Shown here piece after piece: positions 13,096-23,625 of a DNA stretch of 64,000 nucleotides. The first letter of the stretch is position 1, and the number at the start of each line of letters is the position of its first letter. A program made the translations under genes and the position numbers. A model generated the notes under the pieces. The model was not told the origin of the DNA. It made no database searches and saw only the letters and a list, made by a program, of their open reading frames with translations. The DNA comes from Hydrolagus colliei (taxonomy: Eukaryota), in contig CM068745.1 of NCBI GenBank assembly GCA_035084275.1, forward strand, positions 56,110,001 through 56,174,000. Reading direction: 5' to 3'.

Positions 13096-14918
13096 GGTGA
13101 GGCCATCATGTCAAATCAACTTTCTAGTTCCCTGTTGTTTTAATCAGAATAATTATTTTAATCGGAAAACATTTTTATTTCTTCACCTAAATCACTCAAC
13201 AAAAACTGGAAACAAAGCAAGAATGAATTACAGTTTCGCAAACTGCCCCAAGAGACATCTACTGCACATCTACAGCACATTTTGCTCTGTATCCACTGTC
13301 AATGGTTTAAGTCATTATGAGAAATAAAATAAGGCTTAAATTGCCCACAGCACATTAATGAAAAATGCATTTGGTATTTTAAAAATGTCATGATTTACTG
13401 GGCAGTGGATTTTTCTGATAAAAAGTATTTTAATAGAATTATGAATTGCACCAAACTGTTCAATTTGGATGGGATAAAGAAGTATGCAGCATTTAAAAAG
13501 TGACTTAGAGGCAGCATAATGTACTGCAAATTACAAAATGTACCAAAGTAAATTGATTTGCAACTTTGCTTTGCACATTCATCATCTTGCACTTGTTAAA
13601 TACATCTGTTGCTCTTTGTGTAACCACCTTTTGTGGTTTTGCGCAAAATAATGAATTTGAAATTGGCCTTCACGCATCACTGAACCATGAAGCTACCAAA
13701 GATATTTGAACATTTTGTTCAAATAAAGATATTAATTGTGAGCCTCATATTTTGAGAAATTAAGCAGAGTAACCAACAACAAAGGGAGAACCTCCTGAAG
13801 AGTATATAATAACGATAATCTGTGCTTCAAAGTGCTTCGCAGGATCTACTGTGAAGAGTAGTGACTGTGTATTTTGTACATTTTATATTATTCTCTTGTT
13901 TTATTTGCTTCAGAGACTGAAGTAAGTAACATAAGATAACAATATAAATAATAATAATCCTTACTTTGCCTTATCACATTGTTGAAACATCTCAAAGTGC
14001 TTCACAGCATATAAGGTCTGACTGCTTTTTGTGGACGATCTTAACACCAGTTGCATCAATAAAAGAAAAGGAATTTTGTAATATCTAAAAGCATGGTTGG
14101 CTGTCACATAGATAGCTACTCCCTTGGGCTGCTTCAGAAGATTTCAGCATTGGATCAGACAGTTAAAGATTTGCGTTTGAGGCAGTCATGAGGTAACTGA
14201 AGATCAGTTAATAAAACTTATGGTACAAAAGTATATGGAGACATCTCAAGAATAAATAGAGCACAGGTTCCCATCCTAGGGGCAGAGGGGGAAAAAATTC
14301 TGTTTAAACCAAGAAATAATCCAATGGCACTATTCAAAATGGGAGGCTTTTTTTCCTGGTGTCCTGCCAAATAATCCACCTGATGAATTGATCATATATT
14401 TCACGGTGGTTTGTGGGACATTACAATGACACTGCAATTGGTGTGACACTAATGACGGGTGCTATATGACATTATACATTTGCAAACATTGGCGATAAAA
14501 TTGCTATTTAATACCAACTAGGATGAGACTGAGTGAACTAGGGAAGCCATTAGTGCATTATCCAGACATTGAACACTCACTGAGGGTGATATTCTGCCTG
14601 GCAATAATTTTAACACTGATTTACCAGCATACAGTAAATAACAGTTCTACGCACTTAAGCTATTTTAGCTGATAATAATAACCTTTCACAAATGTGAACA
14701 AAAATGTAACATGGCAATCAATAGTTTATGTCGGGGGACACAAAACGATCAGTTTTGCTGGTAATTTTATGAAGAAGTGTGTCTAAATTAGCATTAAACA
14801 TGCTGCAAATTCGAAATGTGTGGCGTAATACACCGGAGGTATAGGTTGAGTTTTAATCTATACCTACAGAATGAAGTAAAAATGACCGATTTAATGTTTT
14901 AATATTGCTCATAATAGT

Positions 14919-15519
14919 ATCACAGAATTTTACGGCACAACAGGAGGCCATTCGGCCCATCTAGTCTGTGCCGGCTCTTTGAAAAGAGCTACTCAATCCC
15001 GCTGCCCAGCTCCCTCCCCATAATCTAACAGATCTGTTCTCCCTAACTAAAGATCTAATCCTCTTTTAAAAGCTGTTATCGAATCGGCCTCCACCACCTT
15101 TTCAGGCAATGCATTCTAGATTTGAACAAGCCACGAAGTGAAAAAAATTCTCCTCAGCTCCCCTCTGCTTCATTTTGAAACTATATTAAATTTGTGCCCA
15201 CGAGTCACAGATTCGGCAACCAGTGGAAATAGTTTTTCCTTATTCACCCTGTCGAATCCCCTCATGATTTTATAAATCTCTATTAGGTCTCCTCTCAAGC
15301 TTCTCTGTTCTAAAAAGAATAAACCTAGCCTCTCTAGCTTTTCCTCATAACTGAAGTCCCTCAATCCTGGTACCATTCTAGTAAACCTTCTTTGAACCTT
15401 TACAATGCCTTAACATCCTTTCTATAGTGTGGTGACCGGAATTGAACACAATACCCCAGCTGAGGCCTAACCAAACTTTTATAGAAGTTAGTCATACTTC
15501 CTGACTTTTGTACTCTATA
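14919..15519 (-). mobile_element. CR1 LINE 3' fragment (copy A)
   Basis: ORF2 C-terminus MVPGLRDFSYEEKLERLGLF..LRGDLIE and CR1 3'UTR. Confidence 0.95.
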
Positions 15520-16922
15520 TAGATTCATAGATTCATAGAATTTTACGGGACAAAAGGAGGCCATTCGGCCCATCTAGTCTGTGCCGGCTCTTTGAAAAGA
15601 GCGATTCAATCCCACTGCCCTGCCCGCTCCCCATAGCCTAATAGACCTGTTCTCCCTAAATAAAGATCTAATTCCCTTTTAAAAGTTGTTATCGAATCAG
15701 CCTCCACCACCTTTTCAGGCAATGCATTCCAGATTCGAACAACTCGCTGAGTGATAAAATTTCTCCTCAGCTCCCCTCTACTTCGCCTTGAAACTATTTT
15801 AAATCTGTGACCACGAGTCACAGATTCGCCCACGAGTGGAAATAGTTTTTCTCTATTTGCCCTGTTGAAACCCCTCATGATCTTATAAACCTCTATTAGG
15901 TCTCCCCTCAATCTTCTCTGCTCCAGAGAGAATAACCCTAGCCTATCTAGCCTCTCCTCATAGCTGAAGTCCCTCAATCCTGGCACCATCCTAGTAAATC
16001 TTCTTTGTACCCTTTCCAATGTCTTCACATCCTTTCTGTAGTGTGGTGACCAGAATTGAACACAGTATTCCAGCTGAGGCCTCACCAAAGTCTTATAGAG
16101 GTTAGTCAGCACTTCCTGACTTTTGTATTCTATACCCCTATTTATAAAGCCTAGTATCCCATTTGCCTTCTTAACGGCTTTGTCTACATGTCCTGCCACT
16201 TTCAAAGAGTCACTAACACAAATCCCCAGGTCTCTCTGTTCCCTCACACCCCTTAAAATTGTACTATCTAGCCTATATTGCCTCCCCTCATTTCTTCTCC
16301 CAAAATGCATCACCTCACACTTCTCTGCATTAAACTTCATCTGCCATGTGTCTGCCCGCTTTACCAATTTGTCTATATCCTCTTGCAGATGGCTACTATC
16401 CTCCTCACTATTTACTATTCTCCCTAACTTAGTGTCATCTGCAAATTTGGAAACTGTACTCCGTACACCCAAGTCCAGATCAATAAAAAATATTAAAAAG
16501 AGCAGTGGTCGCAAAACCAATCCCTGTGGGACTCTCTGCGCACTTCCCTCCAGCCTGAAAAACAACCGCTCCCCACAACTCTCTGCTTTCTGTCTTACAG
16601 CCAGTTGTGGATCCATGCTGCCATTGTCCCTTTAAAGCTGTGGGCCTCTACTTTCCTATTAAGCCTCTCATGCAACACTTTGTCAAGTGCCTTTTGAAAG
16701 TCCATGTAAACCACATCAACTGTGCTACCCTCGTCCACCCATTCCGTTACCTCATTCTATCAAAAGTTCTATCAGATTTGTCAGGCAAGATTTGCCTTTA
16801 ACAAATCCATACTGGCTGTCCTTTATTAGTGTCCTTCACTAGTGCCCTTATTAGTGTCCTTATTACTGTCCTTCACTTTCTAAGTGAAGATCTATCTTGT
16901 CCCTGATTATAGACTCCAGAAG
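15520..16922 (-). mobile_element. CR1 LINE (copy B) with RT C-terminal ORF
   Basis: VPQGLVL.PLLF, SKFADDTKL and LVRPQLEYCVQFWSP motifs; 3' octamer repeat (ATAGATTC)n. AATAGT flanks the whole A+B block at 14913-14918 and 16923-16928. Confidence 0.97.
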
Positions 16923-17168
16923 AATAGTGTCAGTCCAAGGGACTGTGCATATTTTATAAATCTGTGTCCAGATTGATGACTGTCTGCCACATTGATATAT
17001 GCTTCAACATGTCCACATGTCCACCATATTTCTTTAAAACCTGGATGGCTCAGAAGCATCAGTTTAGCAGTTGTTTTTAGCAAGAAAAAATTAAAATTAA
17101 ACATGTTGCAAATTCCAAATGTGTGGTGTAATACACGAGACATATAGGTTGTGCTTTAATCTATACTT

Positions 17169-17405
17169 GGGAGTCCTGTAGCTCAGTGGTTAGAGCATTC
17201 GCCTTGCAAGTGAGAGACCTTGGCCAAGATTCCTTCCTCCATTTTTGTTACTGTTTGTGGGACACTGCTGTACACGATTGGCTGACATGTTTCTCCCACT
17301 ATATCCAGTCAATTCACTTTACACTATATTCTGTGAAGCACGTTGAGACATTGTGAACAAGTGAAAAGTGGTGCATATATCAAATTCAACGTTTATTGTT
17401 ATTAT
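17169..17405 (+). mobile_element. tRNA-SINE, internally deleted, with likely TSD TACTT
   Basis: ggagtcctgtagctcagtggttagagc head and L2-type tail; tactt(g) on both sides. Confidence 0.85.
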
Positions 17406-17514
17406 TACTTGTGGAATTAAATCAAAATGGCCAAATACATTCTTTTTTAAATTGTCCATAATAGTGTCAGTCAAACGGGCAGTGCATATTTTATTATCTG
17501 TGTCCAGATTTGAC

Positions 17515-17714
17515 TCACTCCCTCCCCACCCTGCCTCCTTCAAGGCCCACCTGGAGACTCTCCTCTTCGACAGTGCCTTTGTTTACCATATTACGCCTTC
17601 CGTCTCTACCCTCAACCCCTCCTGTGCCCAACCCCCAGCTGGGGTCCAAATCTCTAACTGTACAGCACTTTGGGATGTCCTCCCTATGTGAAACGTGCTG
17701 TACGAATACAATTG
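17515..17714 (+). mobile_element. L2 3' end
   Basis: gcctccttcaaggccc..cagcactttgggatgtcctccc tail. Confidence 0.8.
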
Positions 17715-20024
17715 TTTCTGCCACCTTGATATATACTTCAATTCAACGTGTGCACCATATTTAATTAATTAGTGTATTTTTCTGAATGTTTATTTTCTGG
17801 TTAACAAACTATAAAATGTTTGCATAACAATAAGGCTCCAGTAACAAAATATTGATACCTTTACACATCAAAATCAGTAAGAGACGAGGCAGAGAACTTC
17901 CATCAAGCAGACAAACCGACTACCTGACAAAGTGTGTCTACGGACACCTTGTGAAGGGAGGAAAGAGAACAGTGCCGAGGCTGAAGAGAGCAAAAGAGAG
18001 CGAGAATGTCCTAAATCTACTACTACAGCAGCAGAGATGCTGTGCAGAGGAAAAGAAAGAAAGAGCGAGAGTGTCCTGCATGTACGGCAGCAGAGACGTT
18101 GTCCAGAGGGAAAGTGAGTGAAAGAGAATGAACAATCTGTCCTGCAGCTACCACCACAGCAAGAAATATCATCCAGTCGAGAGAGGTGAAAGGGTAGAGC
18201 GAGAGCTGAACGAGCATTATAATCCAATCTTGGGCAGAACGTTCTAGCTTTCAGGCTGCCCCCACACTCACCCACATACTCCCATCTTAGTCACATGGAT
18301 AGTTTTGATTACGGTTAACTGATGTTTTCACCTTGTGTGCATTATAAGTAAGTTGTGTTGGGATAATATTATTTGCGATTCGGTTGTTCTAATGCAGCTG
18401 CATTGAGGTTATGTGAGCTGCAATTTGGTTGTTTTAATCCAAGGGTGTATCATGAGTGACAAATAACCTTTAATGTATGACTATTACTGATCGGTTGTTT
18501 TCTACTTATGCTTTGTTTTATTAATTGTGTGATCAATAAAATTCAAGCTTGATTATATTCCGATCTCTGACTGTCAAAATTCTTTACAATTAGAATATCT
18601 CAATCCTAGCAGAGACCTTGTGTAACTGGAAGCAGGTCACTCACATCATGTCAATTGACAGGAAATCTGCTTTGAAAACAGATCACATCAGAGAGAGTTC
18701 CCAACAGTCATACTATTATGTTCTTTAATTTAGGAATCCATTTGAAATAATTACATTTTAGACCCCCAACAGCATAAATAAAGTACCTCAGTGACACAGT
18801 AGCTTTGAATAATCCCAGCTAACCCTGGGTGGAATAGATTAAGCAGCTGTTTGACAGAATTTGTTGCATTACCATCTGGGCAGTAAGTGAAGGTAATTAC
18901 TGCTACAAAACCGTCTAAAATGACTTAGAGGTTGGTTCACCACTTGCAAGATTACTGACCTTGAGAGTGCGATTATAATGCAAAAATCAGAAATGTCTGT
19001 ACTCTCCATGACTGCAATGAACAATTTTCCTATTTGTACGGGCTTGAAAAGACACAAATCCGTTTCACCTATTCTTGACTATAGTTACATTACAAGGTGG
19101 TTCAACTTTCTTGATAATGTGTTTGTGCTTTCTTATCTTCGTCCAAAAAGCTAAATTCATTGTTGATGTGCAAGAACCTGGAGTGAAATTTTCTATTTCT
19201 TGTAAAAAAGCAGAGAAAGGAATTAAATGTTTTATTTAAATGAGGTTTCAAATATGTTCATTAGGAGTTAAACTAATAATTGGAATTAATATTTGATAAA
19301 CCGGGAGATTTATACAGAAATAATAATACTGTACTTGCATTTGATATAGCGCCTTATCACGTCTTTGAGACATCTCAAAGCACAGAATATACTGTAATGT
19401 GAGTTGACTGTACACTTTGTGGGCGAAACAAAATAATCATTGCAATCTTTTGTTATGTTTAATGCTTAAAAACGGCTGCCCACTGCAATTACAGCCTGTT
19501 ACCTGACAATGAAAGGGCCGCTGGTGAACAGAATATGCTATTTGCTGTGGATGTGCGTGCAGTCAGAGCCTAGTTAATTCAATGTGCAGCTATACAATTA
19601 GTTTTGTATTTTCCATTTTGTTTGTGGATAAGGTAGTTGAAACCAGAATCCATAGCTCTAAGACCACATTTTCTTTTACTGTACAGCATTGTCTACACTA
19701 ATCCAACGTAAAATGATAGCAGTTGCTTTTCAGCATGGATACTGACTGATTGGTTGGATAACAAGAAAGGTTTAAAGGTTATGTTACTGGGGCCTTATTG
19801 TTATTTAAATATTTATAGTTTGTTAGCCAGAAAATAAACATGATAATCCAATTCTCACCAAAATGGATTACTCTGGCCCTTATGTTACTGATGAGTTGTG
19901 AGAGGCAGGCACATTCCATGTATTGAGGCTTTATTCATCAAATAACTCTTGGTCCATCCAGATAGAATTGTCAGCTTTCATACATCACACTCTGCAAACA
20001 TAGTTGACCTCCCAATGACTTGAC

Positions 20025-20190
20025 AACAACAACAAAATAACATTTGTATTGTGCCTTTCAAGTCAGGAGGACGACCCAAGGCACTGGACAGTCACGCATC
20101 CACACCGGTGATTGGGATCAAGAGGGTTAGAGGGCAGGGAGGGCAGAGGTAGGGCGGTGACCCACGCCATGGTCGAAAAGGAGAGTCTTG
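20025..20190 (-). mobile_element. L2 3' end
   Basis: (CAA)n tail plus ggaggacgacccaaggcactggacagtca. Confidence 0.75.
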
Positions 20191-21339
20191 CCAGCCACAC
20201 ATTCTAATGAATCTGCAGATATGATGACATTAGCAATCCATTCAACAAATAATTCACCATTTTTCTAAGTTTGCTTCCCACAGAAAAACATATCAGTAAA
20301 ACAGCAGCAGGAGAGTGATTTGAGCTGCTGGCAAGTATGTGCAGGTTTCCTTATTGGAGCTGTTGAACCATTTCTACTCCCCTCACTCGACCCCACCCAT
20401 GCACCCCACCCAACCAGTCAATTATTGTGACATTAAACCTTCATCATAAAAAAATACAAATCCTTGCATTTAGTGTAGCACCTTATCACAATGGAAGGAA
20501 TCTCATCGTCTGCTTTCACAAAAATGTTTCAAAAATTGCATGACACTGTCTTGTAAAAAGATCATGTGTCAGGGCCAAAAAATATCCTGATTAATCTCTA
20601 GGTAATTCACCTCTTAACTGTTTGTGTGATTTTGTTGTTTGTGGGCCATGGCTTATTACAATTTTTCACATGTGAATCTTAGTGATCAAAATTGGGAATC
20701 TACTTAACCAAAGTAAGAATACCACATGCATAAAATTACTTTCCAGCAAAAGCTCCTGGGTGATGCCCAAGAGAAGAGACTCTAAAGAAAATGATCTTTT
20801 CTCCTTCCAGCTCTATAACGCAGAGGTCAAGCTGAAGGATAGAAACTGGAGCTTTATTGTTTGACTCATTCACTCAGTGTTAGTTTTAACACGAAAAATA
20901 GTTTGCGTTGTACACTCTTAACATCCAAACTCATATAATTATTTTAAATATTCTTTGATATAGTGCCTTTTACATTAGGAGGACATCTTAAGCACTTGAT
21001 AGGATTTACTGTCGACATTGCATTACATACACAAACTTAACAGACAACTTGGACACTGAAATCTCCCCAAAACATCCAAGAAGTGAACGAACAATTTTAT
21101 TTAAGGAATTTTTGGCCAGGACACCAAGAGAATATCCCCAGAAAAAAACAATGAAATCTTTAACATCTACAGACACATCACTTTACATACTGTTCTTCAT
21201 TTTTTACTTTTAAGAGCTAAATCATATTAATAAGGAGACATTTCCCAGGTAGCAAGTCCATATGGACCCCATATGGGGCAAATTGGGGTTGATCCATGCC
21301 CATATGGGCCCTACATGGGCTTGCTACCTGGGTTCATTG

Positions 21340-21970
21340 ATCATAAGAACAAAAGAAATACAACACAAAAAGACCATGGTCCCTCTAGTTTGCCTTCCTG
21401 ACAGTCGCAAGCACATATGTCCCAAACCATCTATGTCCCATAATGCTATCTCCTAAAAGAAAATGATCTAATCTGTGTTTAAAAGAAGCAACACTTCCTA
21501 TTTCAACCATATCCATAGAAAGCCTGTTCCATAGGTTACTATTTGCTCACTTAAATAATATTTGAGTAGATGCATTACAGATGCAATCACATGCCTTCCG
21601 GTTTTACTATTCTGGACAAATTGAAACAGTCTGTCATGATCTATATTGTCTTGCCCCTTTAGAATCTGAAAGACAGCAATCATTTTGTCTCTCAATCTTG
21701 TCTTTTCCAGTGTGAACATACCAAATTTACTTATTCCTCATAGTCCAGTTCATTTATTCCTGCAATTATTTTGTCATCCCCTGTATGGTCTCACCAACAA
21801 TTTATACAGTGGCAGAATTACCCCACTATTTTGGCTTGCTATTGATTCAAACATCTGGTTTCATTTACTCACTGCCACAAAGCATTTTTGGGAGTGCTTC
21901 AATTTATTGTGAATCTTTTGATTATCCATACATATTATTTTCCTTCCATTCAAAAGATAGTCCCAGGATT
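21340..21970 (-). mobile_element. Old CR1 3' region
   Basis: MFTLEKTRLRDKMIAVFQILKG matches CR1 FSLE.RRLRGD.I.V.KI; cataagaac..aagaaata terminal repeat. Confidence 0.7.
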
Positions 21971-22014
21971 TTTTGTCCCCATGTGAAGTACTTTACATAA
22001 AGACAAAAAACTAT

Positions 22015-22855
22015 CACCATCTCCACTTTGTCGCCACCAATGGCTTCTCCTCCAGCCTCCACACTATCCCCTGTGGTATCCTCAAGGCTCTGTCCTTGGC
22101 CCCCTACTTTTCAACATCTACATGCTACTCCTTGATGACATCATCTGCAGACGTGTCTTATTCGATCCTCAACTGTCTTTTCCAACATCCAAGCCATGAC
22201 CCTCTCTGCATTCCCTCACCTCCGCAACATTGTCCAACTCCACCACTACCTTACCCGTCAGGCCGCTGAAACTCTCATTCGTGCCTTTATCACGTCCAGG
22301 GTCGATCATGCCAACACCCTGCTTGTTGGCCTTCCCAACAACTCCCTCCATAGGCTGCAGATCATCCAGAACTCTGCAGCTCGTGTCCTCTCCCGCACTA
22401 AGCTTATCTCCTTCATTCTTGCCTGACTCCATTGGCTCCCCATCCCCATCCCCATCACCCAGAGGATTAAATTCAACATCCTGGTCCTCATCTTTAAAGC
22501 CCTGCCCCACCCTACCTCTGCGACCACCTACTCCCCTAACAACCAGCCCGTTACCTCCACTCAGTGGTCTCTGGTGTGCTCCATGTCCCCCACTCCACCC
22601 ATCCCACCTTTGGCCAGCAAGCCTTCAGCCAATCTGCACCAAAGCCTTTGGAAATGCATCCCGCAATCCCTCCGCTTCATCCCCTCCCTAGCGTCCTTCA
22701 AGTCTCGCCTCAAGACTCTCCTCTACAATGGTCCTTTCCCTCCACCCTCCCTGATCCCCACCCCAGCTTGGGTCTGAAACACTGACTGTCCAGTGCCTTG
22801 GGACATCTTCACGACATGAAAAGCACTTTTCAAATGTAATTTTATTGTTGTTGTA
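22015..22855 (+). mobile_element. L2 3' region
   Basis: HLRNI..AAETLIRAFITSRVDHANTLLVGLP..LQIIQNSAARVLSRT; L2 tail. Confidence 0.9.
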
Positions 22856-22859
22856 ATTT

Positions 22860-23400
22860 TACAATACAATATAAAATTACATTTGTAAATTGTCTTTCAT
22901 ACCAAAGCACTGGATAGTCAGGGATTTGGACCCAAGCAATGTGGAAGGTTTGGGATAAGGGAGGGTGGAGGGCCAGGAGGGGAGGAGAGTGGTCAAAGGC
23001 AAGGTCAAAGAGAAAGATCTTGAGATTGGCCTTGAAGGAGGCAGGGGAGGGTTTGAGGCAAAGGGAATGTGGAATGGAGTTCCATAGGGTGAAACTGAGA
23101 GGCTGAAGGCCCAACCAATAATGGTGGGCCAAGCCGGGCAGGAGACATGGAGCAGGCTGGAGCCTGCTGAGTGGAGTGAGCGGACAGGTTGGTCAGAGGT
23201 TAGCAGGTCAAAGAGATAGAAAGGGGCAAAGCCAAGGAGGACCTTGAAAGTGAGGATGAGGAAATTGAACTGTATCCTCTGAGGGATGGGGAGCCAATAG
23301 AGCCAGGCAAGGATGGGGTTGATGGGCTCACAGAGCCTGGTGTGGGAGAGAACACAAACATAGTTCTGGACAACCTGCAGCTTATGGAGGGAAGAGTTGG
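22860..23400 (-). mobile_element. L2 3' region, tail-to-tail with the previous copy
   Basis: Reverse-complement L2 tail and TLWNSIP..ASFK..LK motif. Confidence 0.85.
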
Positions 23401-23404
23401 GAAA

Positions 23405-23625
23405 GCAGTTTTACTCCCAAAGGGTAGTGGAAATCTGGAACTCACTCCCTCAAAAGGCTGTGGATGCTGGATCTACTCACATCTTGAAGCCTGAGGTGGA
23501 CAGATATTTATTAGGTCAGGGTATTAAGGTAATTGGACTTGAGGTACAGATCGGTCATGATCTTAGAGAATGGTGAAACAGGCTCAAGGGCCTGAATGAC
23601 CCACTACTACTTCTATGTTTTTATG
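23405..23625 (+). mobile_element. CR1 3' end (different subfamily)
   Basis: gggtagtggaaatctggaactcactccctcaaaaggctgtggatgctgg (RVV.IWNSLP.KAVDA) and ttctatgtt tail. Confidence 0.75.

Noticed and set aside
15606-16616. RT ORFs as host genes or a novel RT system (also 27758, 31161, 35013)
   Set aside because: Ordinary 5'-truncated CR1/L2 ORF2 remnants with element 3' tails.
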